From Candidatus Latescibacterota bacterium (GTDB lineage Bacteria > Latescibacterota > UBA2968 > UBA8231): DNA of 64,000 bases. Positions 29,788-39,634 of this stretch are shown in pieces. A model generated the notes under the pieces. That model worked only from the letters and a program-made list of their open reading frames with translations. It ran no database searches and was not told where the DNA came from. The position numbers were made by a program, and so were the translations under genes. Where the stretch lies: positions 128,001 through 192,000 of the forward strand of contig OZ244561.1 of the NCBI GenBank assembly GCA_965217585.1, in the 5' to 3' direction. Within the stretch, counting starts at the first letter, position 1. Each line of letters starts with the position of its first letter.

Positions 29788-31538
29788 AACGAAAGTAGTG
29801 GCTCGACGCCAAAGGCTTCCGCTACAGCAACCTCTAAATCAGTCTCATATTTTTCCGTCATATTGTCGCCTACGTCAGCCGACACCAACTTTTTCACCAA
29901 ATCTACTATCCTCCTAGAATACTCAGAATGCCTATCTGGCATTGGGTATTTTTCTACGTATTGAGTTAAATAGCGCCGCCGGCCAGCGTACAGTTTGTTA
30001 TTAAATACCAGCTCGTGATAACGAGTCATCAGATTTGAATTCGCTATCCCTTGGATTAGAAAGAGCATATCCGTGTTTTCTTTTTCTGAGACTATCCAGT
30101 AACAGTTGCCATCAACCATCAATCCTTCATTGTCATAAAAGAACATCGGGCTAGGGCTAATGTCGGGAAAGATGAGCTTGGGACGCCCCAAAGCTAAAGG
30201 ATCCTGAGGAACCCAAATCTCGTACCATTTTCTATTGGCCTCAATTACGTATTTCCGTCTTTCTAATCTCTCACGGTGTTGCCTAAGGTATGCCGCCGCG
30301 CATGGGTAACGTTCTATGTCAACCGCTACTCGTTTCGCGTCCCTGACTTCATGAGTATATAATATTTTTTTAAGCGATTCATTCCCTGTGCCAGATCGCC
30401 AGCGGCCAGCGTCGTCGTGTGATAATATGGGATGTAGTAAACAGTCTTCCGGTCGCCTATCTTCAGGCATATCGTCCCAGTCCGAGCGAATAAAAACTTG
30501 ATCGGCTGTTGTCTTAATGCCAACCCGCACCTTCACAACGTCGCCAATTCGGCACTTTGCCGCCGATTCTACTTTACCAATCCACTCTTTCTCAGGTGCA
30601 GTTACCATCTGCCAAGGTTCGGAGGACAAATTAGAAATGGAAAGAGTCCCCGTCGAAAGTTTGAACCGGGTTTTAGACACTAAGTATTCACCATCAGAAC
30701 TTTGCTTGATAATGTCGTACACTGAATCAACCTGGACTGGCTTTTCTCGATCATCGCGGTTACTTGTCCTATTCTCGTAAATTCTGACGAATCTATTCGG
30801 CAGCCTCGGATTCGTAGGGGAACGCGATGTAGAAGGTAATTTTCTAGCTATCAAGATAGCTGGCAGAACGGCAGCCTCGAAAAGTTTGGTGTCGCCGAGG
30901 TCAATCAATTCGAGGATCTCGTAATTTTCGGCGATGAACTCTCTGATGGAGGCTCCACCCTTTGTTGAAATAAACCGATTGGACGTGATGACGCCTATAA
31001 TGCCACTGTCTTTTAAGCATTGGGTCATCGCCACCAGAAAAGCCTGGTATAAATCGATTCTGCCTTTCAGGCGAAAGGCTTTTGCTAACTCCTGTGATTT
31101 CCGGGCACCGAGGACCTGCGTTCGGACGTAAGGAGGGTTGGCGATTATAATATCTACAGGAGGAATAGTCTTATTCGTTGGAGGTCCGTTGTTAAATAAC
31201 CCTATCTGAGCTTCTGAACCGATGTAAAGTTCAAGGAAATCCATCCTCTTGAAAAAATTCGATTTTGAGCCAAACGCTTCTAACCGCTCTTGGGCGTTTC
31301 CGAGGGATAAATCGTCGAGCTCTATTCCCGTAATGACGGTATTTCTTAGTGTATTATCCGATAGTGAGTTAGCTAAGGCGACTAGTAGTTCTCCATCGCC
31401 ACAGGCTGGATCCAAAACCCTTAGTTCAGGGAGTTGACACAAGTCCACTTCGGCAACCAGTCTCTCCGCGAGAAAACGAGCAAGTTCAGGAGGCGTGTAA
31501 TGCGAACCAGTGGCTTTTTGTTTAGTAACAAGCGGCAT
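29775..31538 (-). CDS. N6-adenine DNA methyltransferase (Eco57I/TaqI-like, gamma class)
   Basis: GSHYTP, VLDPACGDGELL (motif I), IIANPPYV (motif IV), DLYQAF, TaqI-C-like tail KLIFPDIS. Confidence 0.9.
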   Translation of the reverse strand: MPLVTKQKATGSHYTPPELARFLAERLVAEVDLCQLPELRVLDPACGDGELLVALANSLSDNTLRNTVITGIELDDLSLGNAQERLEAFGSKSNFFKRMDFLELYIGSEAQIGLFNNGPPTNKTIPPVDIIIANPPYVRTQVLGARKSQELAKAFRLKGRIDLYQAFLVAMTQCLKDSGIIGVITSNRFISTKGGASIREFIAENYEILELIDLGDTKLFEAAVLPAILIARKLPSTSRSPTNPRLPNRFVRIYENRTSNRDDREKPVQVDSVYDIIKQSSDGEYLVSKTRFKLSTGTLSISNLSSEPWQMVTAPEKEWIGKVESAAKCRIGDVVKVRVGIKTTADQVFIRSDWDDMPEDRRPEDCLLHPILSHDDAGRWRSGTGNESLKKILYTHEVRDAKRVAVDIERYPCAAAYLRQHRERLERRKYVIEANRKWYEIWVPQDPLALGRPKLIFPDISPSPMFFYDNEGLMVDGNCYWIVSEKENTDMLFLIQGIANSNLMTRYHELVFNNKLYAGRRRYLTQYVEKYPMPDRHSEYSRRIVDLVKKLVSADVGDNMTEKYETDLEVAVAEAFGVEPLLSFQGL

Positions 31539-31830
31539 CTGGGTATAGCCCTTTGTCTTCAATAGTAAGGCTGTAAGAATCAAACTAAGAATCGAATATC
31601 AATGGACCCATGTCAACCTGAAAACCTGTGAATGGTTACATTTTTAAACTAAACTTACTACCCACACGCAGATACTTGGGTGCTCTTGCCCCCAATAAGT
31701 CTGCTCGCTAGCTTGCTGGCCAATGAGGCCGAAGTCCCCGCTACGCTTCCCGCCATTAGCTTGCGCCTCCTTGACCACACCCTTACCTTGGCCGCCCATA
31801 GCCTTCCCCGCCCTCAAGGAGCCTCCCAAG

Positions 31831-33066
31831 ATGAAAATCACCAACATCGAAGTCATCCCCATCTTTCCCAAGCTGGCCAGCCGCTACGCCGAGCGCCGCG
31901 TCGATCTCTACGGCATCGACTGCCGAGTCGTGTACAAAGTCCACACCGACGCCGGCATCACCGGCTACGGCGACATGCGAGTGCGGCCCTACGCCCAACC
32001 GTCCCGCGACTCCGTCGCGCAGTTTACTGGCCTCAGCCCCTTCGACTTCATTAACGACCATCGCGCCGCCGTCCCCTCGGGCCTGCTCTGCGCCCTCTAC
32101 GACGCGATGGGCAAACACCTCGACCTGCCCGTCCACAAACTCCTCGGCCAAAAAAAGCGCGACGCCATCGCCGTGGCCGCCTGGACCCGACCCGCCTCCC
32201 CAGAGATCTTCCGCGACGAGATCAAACGCGCCGCCGCCGAGGGCTACCGCGTCTTCAAAATCCACACCTGCACCCACCACGATGTCTTCGAGCAGACCCG
32301 TCTGGCTACAGAAGTAGCCCCGGAGAGCTTCCGCATCCACTACGACTTCAACCACAACCGCAGCCTCGGCAGCGCCCTGCCGATCATCGCGGAACTCGAA
32401 CGAAACTTCCCCATCGTCGGCTACATCGAAGACCCGCTCGACAAAAAGGACATCGACGGCTGGAAGCGCCTGCGCCAGCAGACCAGCCTGCCGCTAATCA
32501 TGCACGGCACGCCCTTGGGCGGCGTTCAAGAACTGATCTACGGCCTCGCCGATATGTACATGATCGGCGGCACCCTCGAAGATACCATGGCCGCCGGCTG
32601 GGCCTGTGGCCGAGCCAATGTGCAAGTCCTGCTGCAATTCGAGGGTGGCACCCTCGGCAAGGCTATGGCCATGCACATGGCCTCAGTGCTGCCGACCCAC
32701 ACCGCCCACTCGATTAACCTCGACGACCAGTACGCCGAAGACTATACCACCGAGACCATTCCCGTCGTCGATGGAGCCTCCCCCGTACCCAACGGCCCAG
32801 GCTTGGGCTTTACAGTCGATGAGGACGCACTGGCGCGGATGGCGGCCCAATCGCTCGTCGAGCGTCCAACCCACATCGGCGTCTTGCAGATGCCCGGCGG
32901 GCACACGTACTACGGCCCGTCCTATATCTCCCCCACCAGAATCACCGGCCATCAGGAGGGCGTTGACCGCGGCTTCCGCTCCTCGATCTGGGAAGACGAC
33001 GGCTCAGCCGAATTCGCCAAAATCCACGACCGCGTCAACAAGGAAGGCGTCTTCCGCGCCGACTGA
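31831..33066 (+). CDS. Mandelate racemase/muconate lactonizing enzyme (enolase superfamily)
   Basis: AAGGAG RBS; MKITNIE, TDAGITGYG, ALYDAMGK...PVHKLLG, YIEDP, PNGPGLG. Confidence 0.88.
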   Translation: MKITNIEVIPIFPKLASRYAERRVDLYGIDCRVVYKVHTDAGITGYGDMRVRPYAQPSRDSVAQFTGLSPFDFINDHRAAVPSGLLCALYDAMGKHLDLPVHKLLGQKKRDAIAVAAWTRPASPEIFRDEIKRAAAEGYRVFKIHTCTHHDVFEQTRLATEVAPESFRIHYDFNHNRSLGSALPIIAELERNFPIVGYIEDPLDKKDIDGWKRLRQQTSLPLIMHGTPLGGVQELIYGLADMYMIGGTLEDTMAAGWACGRANVQVLLQFEGGTLGKAMAMHMASVLPTHTAHSINLDDQYAEDYTTETIPVVDGASPVPNGPGLGFTVDEDALARMAAQSLVERPTHIGVLQMPGGHTYYGPSYISPTRITGHQEGVDRGFRSSIWEDDGSAEFAKIHDRVNKEGVFRAD

Positions 33067-33068
33067 CG
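33023..33068 (+). repeat. 46-bp direct repeat, left copy (3' end of enolase-family gene)
   Basis: TCCACGACCGCGTCAACAAGGAAGGCGTCTTCCGCGCCGACTGACG identical to 34263-34308. Confidence 0.95.
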
Positions 33069-33090
33069 ATTTTACGTTGTCAAATCGCTG

Positions 33091-34212
33091 CTAGAAGCGC
33101 GCCGCGGCTAGAGGGCCGGGGTCGCGTCCGTCCAAGGCCAGTTCCACCATGCGTTCGGCGGCCAGCAGGCCGATGGAGTTGCCGTAACCGCTAAAGCCCA
33201 AGGCAAAGACCGCGTCGGGCAGATCCGGGAGGGCACCGACAGCCGCCCGGCGATCCGGAGTGAAGCCGTGGATGCCGGCCCAGTGGTGCTCGACTTCAAA
33301 GGAGAGGCCCGAGAACCAGCGGCGCAGATAGGTTTCGAGATTCTGTAGCAGATTCGGAGTGACGGCGTCCTCGGCGGTGTACTCCTGCTCCTCAAAGAAA
33401 ATCCGGGCGCCGCCGATCATCAAACGCCCATCTTCAAACTGGCGGAAGTAATTGTACTCGGTGATGCCGGCGATCTCCATCAGGGGTTCCACTGGGGTGG
33501 TCACGAGAATCTGGCCGCGCACTGGGCGCACGATGCGGCGCAGGTACGGGTGCAAATCGCAGCCGTACCCATTGGTGGCGATGTACACCTTGCGACAGCG
33601 GATATGAGCGCGGCGTCCGCGCACTATCAGGCCCTGGCCCTCCGCTTCGATGCGGTAGACCTCATTGTGGTCGTAAAAGGCGGCCCCAGAGGCGGCGGCA
33701 ATGGCCTCGGTGAGGCGTGCCGGCTGCACCATGAAATCGCCCTCCACCTGTAGAGATGCCGCGTACCCAGCGCCATAGGGATCGCTCTGGGCAAACTCGA
33801 CCTCAACGCCGTCGGCGGCAAAGGCGCGGGCCCACTCTTCCAGTTCACGGGCGTCGGCTTGGGTTTCGGCTAGGTGGATGGCACCCTCTTCCCAGGGCAC
33901 CTCGTACTGCTTGGCCAAGGCGCGCATACGGGCGACGTTGTCGCACACCATGGCGAGGATTTGGCGGGCGGCCGGGTGCCCCACTTGGGCGATGAGGGCG
34001 GGATACGTCTCGCGCTGCGAGGTCAGCACAAAGCCGGCGTTGCGGCCCGATGCGCCAGCGGCCGGAAAGCGGGCGTCAACCAAGGCCACATCGCGGCCCC
34101 GCTGGTGCAGCAGGGTAGCTGCGTACGAGCCGACAATGCCGGCACCGATCACCACATCGTCGTGTTCGACCTGCAACGGCTCAGATACTTCTTGCCATTT
34201 AGATACGGTCAT
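33091..34212 (-). CDS. FAD-dependent oxidoreductase (DAO/PuuB-like)
   Basis: VVIGAGIVG, GASGRNAGF, IATNGY, WAGIHGFTPD, GFSGYG. Confidence 0.9.
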   Translation of the reverse strand: MTVSKWQEVSEPLQVEHDDVVIGAGIVGSYAATLLHQRGRDVALVDARFPAAGASGRNAGFVLTSQRETYPALIAQVGHPAARQILAMVCDNVARMRALAKQYEVPWEEGAIHLAETQADARELEEWARAFAADGVEVEFAQSDPYGAGYAASLQVEGDFMVQPARLTEAIAAASGAAFYDHNEVYRIEAEGQGLIVRGRRAHIRCRKVYIATNGYGCDLHPYLRRIVRPVRGQILVTTPVEPLMEIAGITEYNYFRQFEDGRLMIGGARIFFEEQEYTAEDAVTPNLLQNLETYLRRWFSGLSFEVEHHWAGIHGFTPDRRAAVGALPDLPDAVFALGFSGYGNSIGLLAAERMVELALDGRDPGPLAAARF

Positions 34213-34262
34213 AATGCCTCCAAGGGGATGATGGCCGTCCCCGATAAGATAATCGGTCTAAG

Positions 34263-34308
34263 TCCACGACCGCGTCAACAAGGAAGGCGTCTTCCGCGCC
34301 GACTGACG
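34263..34308 (+). repeat. 46-bp direct repeat, right copy (displaced gene end)
   Basis: Identical to 33023-33068; encodes HDRVNKEGVFRAD*. Confidence 0.95.
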
Positions 34309-34317
34309 CGAATGCCT

Positions 34318-35133
34318 CTATATATCCTGCACCCGACGCCAGCGGTCGTAGTAGCCCTGCATCCGCGCCGGCAGCCCGGCCCGCACATTGTCGGCTAGTT
34401 GCCAGCGGAAGCGCTCGTCGAGAGCTTCGCGCGACTGGTCCTCCACGTGCTTGACTAACGCGCCTGTCAAAGTCAACCGCTCGGGCACGCCTTCGGGCAA
34501 GCGGCCCCGGTGAATGGTATTGCCGGTCCAGAAGATGGTCTGCCCCTTTTGCAGCACTATTTGCTCTGCATTGGGCACATCGCCCTTGCGGTCGTTGATC
34601 AGCACTTCGCGCTCTCGCTCGGTGCGGTAGCGGCGCTGGCTGCCCGGCACCAGCCACAGACAGGCGTCGTCGGCCAAGGCCAAGTGCCATTTGACCAAGT
34701 TCTTGCGATAGCGGCCCAGAATCTCCAGCTCCACCTCCCGGCTGCCGTCGCGCTCCTCTTGGCCAAAATCGCGGTGCCAGCCCGTGTCGTAGTCCGTTGG
34801 GCCGCACAGGACAATCAGCCCCACCCAGCCCAAGCGCAACGGGCCGCCCACCACGGCGCGCACGCAGGTCTCCACCGGCTCCGACATGAGGTATTCGGCA
34901 AAGATCGGCTCGCCAAACTCGGGCGCGATCAAGCCCAAGATGTGGCGCGGTTCCACGCTTGGGCCGCCGGTGCTGATCCGCTCGTCCGTAGCCACCACCG
35001 CGCCGGAGCGCACCTTTTCCACCGCGCACCGCGCCCCGGCCTCCAAGGCCGCTAGCATGTCCGGGGCAACTGCGTCGTCGGCAATGAAATAACCCCGCTC
35101 GCGGTATTGCTCAATCTGCAATGATGTCGCCAT
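34318..35133 (-). CDS. PhyH family dioxygenase
   Basis: ATG 35133 after GGAGAGGAGAGGG; YRERGY, WHRD, LWLVPGS, TIHRG. Confidence 0.85.
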   Translation of the reverse strand: MATSLQIEQYRERGYFIADDAVAPDMLAALEAGARCAVEKVRSGAVVATDERISTGGPSVEPRHILGLIAPEFGEPIFAEYLMSEPVETCVRAVVGGPLRLGWVGLIVLCGPTDYDTGWHRDFGQEERDGSREVELEILGRYRKNLVKWHLALADDACLWLVPGSQRRYRTEREREVLINDRKGDVPNAEQIVLQKGQTIFWTGNTIHRGRLPEGVPERLTLTGALVKHVEDQSREALDERFRWQLADNVRAGLPARMQGYYDRWRRVQDI

Positions 35134-35153
35134 GTAGCCCTCTCCTCTCCGCG

Positions 35154-36065
35154 CTAGGGCCGGTACGGCTCGCCCGTGCGCCGCAGCTTCTTGGTCACCG
35201 CGATCTGACAGGTCGCGTACCCGCCCATGTAGCCGGTGGCAAAGCCTGGGCGCGCGTCCCCAATGGTGCCGACGATCATGTTGGCGTATTCGTACGTGGT
35301 GTCGTAGCGGTCGCAAATGAGGGCCACCATTTCGAGCCACGCCGCTTTGAGCGCGTCGCCCCACTCAGCCGCGCGCGCACTGGTGAGATATTCCTCGGCG
35401 TCTTCCACAACCCTGGTGGTCTCGACCACGGGGCTGCTGTTGGGGAATCCAGGCGAGCGATCCACCTTGAGCGTAATGGCTGAGTCGATCTCGACCCCGG
35501 CCCCGGTCAGCTCGCCGTCGCCCATGCGCGCATGAACATCGCCCAGATAGAGCAATCCCCCGGGCTTTTGCGCACGGATGTGGACGGTGCTGCCGGGCTG
35601 GATGGCATTGAAATCCATGTTGCCGCCGTGATCGATGGCGTTGGGTGCCCACGATTCGAGTTGGACAACGCCGATCATCGGCCGCACCGGCACGACAAAA
35701 TCCGGCGGAAAGTGAATCAGCCCATCGCGCACCGGTGCCACGCAGCGCCAATTGCCCCAATTGGGGCCGCCGTTGCGATAGAATCCATAGGGGCCAACCT
35801 CCATATCGATAATCTCGATAGCCACCCAATCGTCCGGCCCAATGCCCTCGATGAGAAAGGGACCGCCGGGGCGGGCGTAGCGGCGATGGCTCTCCCCGGA
35901 AGTAATCATGCCAGCGCGAGTCTCTCCGGCCGCTTCAAAGTCGTTGTCCGCTCCGCCAGTAGTCTCGATGATGACGGTTTCTCCGAGCGCCAAGGTGCCG
36001 CGCACTTGGCCGATTTCCGGGTCGTCCGGCCCGCTGTAATGGGGGGTGCGAGTAAAGTGACGCAT
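35154..36065 (-). CDS. Acetamidase/formamidase family protein
   Basis: GPF.IEG..P.D, PMIGV, HGGNMD, LGDVHARMGDGEL.G.GVE. Confidence 0.88.
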   Translation of the reverse strand: MRHFTRTPHYSGPDDPEIGQVRGTLALGETVIIETTGGADNDFEAAGETRAGMITSGESHRRYARPGGPFLIEGIGPDDWVAIEIIDMEVGPYGFYRNGGPNWGNWRCVAPVRDGLIHFPPDFVVPVRPMIGVVQLESWAPNAIDHGGNMDFNAIQPGSTVHIRAQKPGGLLYLGDVHARMGDGELTGAGVEIDSAITLKVDRSPGFPNSSPVVETTRVVEDAEEYLTSARAAEWGDALKAAWLEMVALICDRYDTTYEYANMIVGTIGDARPGFATGYMGGYATCQIAVTKKLRRTGEPYRP

Positions 36066-36097
36066 AAGCGTTCTCCTTTGCTGATGATGTTGAAATC

Positions 36098-36892
36098 CTA
36101 GCGCCCCTCGGCAAACGGAAAGGTTCCGTTGTACCCGAGCGCGGCAATGGCCGGCAACGGCGAGCTAACAAAGGGAATCCCCGGGAACATCGGCGTCTGC
36201 TGGTAGTGCAGCACCACGTTGCCGCGGATGGGGGCGTCGGCATCTTCCTTTAGCTTGGCACCCTGGTGCGGGATGTGGCTGAAAAACACCACTGCGTCGC
36301 CGGTCATGGGATGGAGGTGGATATGTTCCTGCCGCTCGCACCACTGGTAAAAGGGGTTGTCGGAATTGTACCCGCCTAGGTGGCGGATTTCCTCGGGCAG
36401 GGCGTTGTGGCAGAAGTTGTTGATGAAGGTCAAGCGCCCGGTTTCTGGTGCGTTGTCCGTCAGGTAAAACGTGGTGTTTATGCACAGCGGCCGCAGCGCG
36501 TGCCGCGCCTCGTCGGGCGCATCCCAATAATAGCCAAAATCCTTGTGCCACTCTTGGGTATAAGCGCCCGGATTGAGGTGCGCGCGAAAGCTCCGCAACT
36601 GACATTGCCGCCCGAGCATAGCCTGCAAATACGGCGCGACCGAGGGGTGGCCGACCATGGGCCGGGCCAGCTCGGATTCCTGCTCCAGCAGATGGTCAAA
36701 AGCCACATTGCCCACTTCGTTGCTAATATCCCATTCCCGCCGCTCGTACTTCCGCACCAAGCACTCCCGCCAGGCCAGCACCACATCCTCGGGCAGCGCG
36801 TTGCGCACCAATAGAAAGCCGTGCCGGTCGAGCGCGTCGAACTGGTCGTCTAGATCGGCGATTCGGGCCGTATCCGCGACGATTTCGCTCAT
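36098..36892 (-). CDS. PhyH family dioxygenase
   Basis: LDRHGFL, WHKD, GDAVVFFSHIPHQG. Confidence 0.8.
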   Translation of the reverse strand: MSEIVADTARIADLDDQFDALDRHGFLLVRNALPEDVVLAWRECLVRKYERREWDISNEVGNVAFDHLLEQESELARPMVGHPSVAPYLQAMLGRQCQLRSFRAHLNPGAYTQEWHKDFGYYWDAPDEARHALRPLCINTTFYLTDNAPETGRLTFINNFCHNALPEEIRHLGGYNSDNPFYQWCERQEHIHLHPMTGDAVVFFSHIPHQGAKLKEDADAPIRGNVVLHYQQTPMFPGIPFVSSPLPAIAALGYNGTFPFAEGR

Positions 36893-36909
36893 GGAAAAGC
36901 TCCTAGTCT

Positions 36910-37629
36910 TTAGTGGTCATTTACACTGCGCGCAAAATACCGCTCCCAGCGCTCCGTCGGCTCAAAGCCCAAGATGCGCCGGGCCTTATCGACATTGTAC
37001 TTCCCGTGCCCCTCCCAGCTAAGCAAGTTGAACTCCTGAAAGCAGTCCGGCACTTCTGGAATTTCCAACGCCAGCCGACAGGCGTGCTGCAAGTCCTCCC
37101 ACACTACCGTAAAGGGCGCAAAGTCCCCGGTACTTTGCGTCGGTCGCGGCCCCAAGCCATTGAACACAAAACTGATCGTCTGAATGCCATACGCCCGCGC
37201 GAACGTCCGGCAAATCTCGCTCGCCAAGCCCTTGGTCAGGCAGTAATAACCCGTGGTCAAAACCGGCGGCACGTCCGCAATGTCAAAGTCGTGGTCATAG
37301 GTGCGGCGGACGAATTGCGGGCCGGTGTGAATCACCTTTTTGATCCCGTGTTCAGCCGCGGCCTGCATAGTGTTGAGCGCCCCCCGCGTGTTGACGTGAA
37401 AGCTCTGCTCGGGATGGTCGCGCACGACCGTAAAATTCATAATCGCATCCATGCCCGCGGCCGCGTCCCGCACCTCCTCCCGCGACGACACATCGCAATG
37501 CACGATGGGCTTGCCGTCCGGGTGCGGGGCGATGTCGGCCAGCGTCAGATCGTATGTGTCTTCAAGGCCGGGCAGCAGATTGGGAGCGATCATCCCCGAG
37601 GCCCCTAACAGCAATACCTTTTTCTTCAA
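36910..37629 (-). CDS. NAD-dependent epimerase/dehydratase (extended SDR)
   Basis: VLLLGASGMIA, VNTRG, YCLTK (YxxxK). Confidence 0.85.
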   Translation of the reverse strand: MKKKVLLLGASGMIAPNLLPGLEDTYDLTLADIAPHPDGKPIVHCDVSSREEVRDAAAGMDAIMNFTVVRDHPEQSFHVNTRGALNTMQAAAEHGIKKVIHTGPQFVRRTYDHDFDIADVPPVLTTGYYCLTKGLASEICRTFARAYGIQTISFVFNGLGPRPTQSTGDFAPFTVVWEDLQHACRLALEIPEVPDCFQEFNLLSWEGHGKYNVDKARRILGFEPTERWERYFARSVNDH

Positions 37630-38354
37630 GACGCGCCTCCGCGAAACTCGCGCTGCGGCCGATAGCCCATAGACTTAGCTTGATCGAGCAAAAACTTGGG
37701 ATGGGCGATCGGCGCGGCGATGTGGTACACAGCCCAGCGCGGCACCCAATTTAGGGACGCGCTCGCGTCCCGCGCCAACGCCGCGCAAAACGCCTGCGCT
37801 GCATCCCGAATATCGACCCACATCAAATCGCGTTCCCACCCGACGACCTCCTCCTCCCGCACTAGCTTGCCGAGGCGCAACGCCGTGACCGTGATGGGAT
37901 ACTCGCGCACAAATTCGCGGCACGTGATCTCACCCAAATACCGTGCTAACACCGCCAGCTCAGGCGGTGGCAATGGCTTGTAATACTCCGTGACGTACAC
38001 CGTGTCGGGATACGCGCTGAACACTTCAAGAGTACTGCCGTACACAAACCGCTTGACGCCAGCCTCCACCGCCGCCTGAAACAGCACATGCGTACCGCGC
38101 GTCGCCCGGTCGAGCAGGATCTCTGCGCTTTCGGGCGCGGGCGGCGGCTCGCCCGTGTGGACGACGGCATCTACATCCCGCACCGCCTGCCATACCACAT
38201 CTGGATCCGTCAGCCGGCCTTCGACCCATTCGACACCTTGCCGCTGCGCCGCACAGTCGTCCAGCAGACGCAACTCCGCGTTTTCATCCGCAGCCAGCGC
38301 GACGGCTATCTCTTGGCCCAATGCACTAGCCGCGCCCGTAACCAATACCCGCAT
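37626..38354 (-). CDS. NAD-dependent epimerase/dehydratase-like protein (YxxxK not evident)
   Basis: VLVTGAASALG, AGVKRFVYGST, VDIRDAAQAF. Confidence 0.78.
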   Translation of the reverse strand: MRVLVTGAASALGQEIAVALAADENAELRLLDDCAAQRQGVEWVEGRLTDPDVVWQAVRDVDAVVHTGEPPPAPESAEILLDRATRGTHVLFQAAVEAGVKRFVYGSTLEVFSAYPDTVYVTEYYKPLPPPELAVLARYLGEITCREFVREYPITVTALRLGKLVREEEVVGWERDLMWVDIRDAAQAFCAALARDASASLNWVPRWAVYHIAAPIAHPKFLLDQAKSMGYRPQREFRGGAS

Positions 38355-38367
38355 CTACTCGTATCCT

Positions 38368-39498
38368 CTAGCGGAACCAATCGTACGTCAGCCCCAAGCT
38401 GCGGTCGGCCAACGGCAATTCCACCCGCTCGCCGCCTTGAGCCGCCGACCGCTTCAGCCCCAGTTCCACTTCCAGCGCGACAGCGACCCGCCGCCCAGAA
38501 TTTTTCGGCTCGTCCAACCGCCCCTCCATACAGGCGATCAAGTCGTCGAGACAGTACACCGTCCGCATCCCCGACAAAAACTGCGGCGCGGGCCACGGCA
38601 TTTCCACCCGCCCGGCAGCCGGCGTTTCCACGTCTTGATAGAGCCGCCACTGATTGTGCTCAAAAACCATCTCCCCCCGACTCCCCGAAATCCGCACCTC
38701 GGGCGCACCAGCGCGGATGTGTACTACCAAGTCATCGCTGCACGCGATCATCCCCTGCCCCATGAACTCAGTGCTGCCGCGCTCCCGCCGCGGCTGATCG
38801 CCCGTGCCGCATACCCAGATCGGATCGCCGGTCAAAAAGTAGCTCCAGTCCTGATGCTGAGCGAAAACTGGGACGCGCGCTTCGAGCGACCGCACCTGGC
38901 CAATCACCCCCTCCTCTACCAGCGACTTGGCCCGTGCAAACGACGGATGCGAAACACTCGTCGCCCCACCCACCAGCGGCACCCCGGCCTCGGCGCAAGC
39001 TCCGACCATGGCGTCGGCCTCGGCCAGTGAGAACACCATCGGCTTATCTACCAACACGCCCCGCACCCCAGCGGCGACCGCGGCGACCGTCAGCGCGGAT
39101 CGCCCCTTCGTATTCGTCGCAATCGCCACGATGTCCAGCCGCTCTTCGTCCAACATCTCCAGCGCGTCCGCGTACAAGGCCCCAATGCCGTAGCGCTCCC
39201 CGAACATGGCCCGCCGCCGTGGATCCCGGTCGGCCCCGGCCACCAATTCCACTTCGGGCCGGTCGAAAAAGGCCGCAGCATACGAAGTAGCCAGCCCCTC
39301 CCGCCCGGGGTGATCGTAGAGGTGAAACGTCCGCTTGACATCGAGTCCGTCCGGCAGGGGCCGATCGGCACTTTCAACATCGTATATCGGTGCCTGATAC
39401 GACCCACCAATGCGCTCGTAATCCCGCTTGCCCAAGTCGTAGAGAAACCCCATCCACCCCAGGCCGATGACACCGGCGCGATATTTTTTTTGTTCCAT
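38368..39498 (-). CDS. Gfo/Idh/MocA family oxidoreductase
   Basis: AGVIGLGWMG, LDIVAIAT, VDKPM..SLAEADAMV.AC. Confidence 0.88.
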   Translation of the reverse strand: MEQKKYRAGVIGLGWMGFLYDLGKRDYERIGGSYQAPIYDVESADRPLPDGLDVKRTFHLYDHPGREGLATSYAAAFFDRPEVELVAGADRDPRRRAMFGERYGIGALYADALEMLDEERLDIVAIATNTKGRSALTVAAVAAGVRGVLVDKPMVFSLAEADAMVGACAEAGVPLVGGATSVSHPSFARAKSLVEEGVIGQVRSLEARVPVFAQHQDWSYFLTGDPIWVCGTGDQPRRERGSTEFMGQGMIACSDDLVVHIRAGAPEVRISGSRGEMVFEHNQWRLYQDVETPAAGRVEMPWPAPQFLSGMRTVYCLDDLIACMEGRLDEPKNSGRRVAVALEVELGLKRSAAQGGERVELPLADRSLGLTYDWFR

Positions 39499-39634
39499 CG
39501 TCCAATCTCCCTGCGCAATTAATCCCCTCGTCCCGCTCTTTCGTAGGAGCTAACTCTGTTGCCCCCGCGAATGCGGAATGCCTATGTTACGCCCGGCAAA
39601 AAGGAAGCGCAAGATCAACAACCGAGGATCGGCC

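Noticed and set aside
31584-31830. Displaced hicB 3' end after the RM genes
   Set aside because: No nucleotide repeat of hicB found by eye; only a vague EVP similarity
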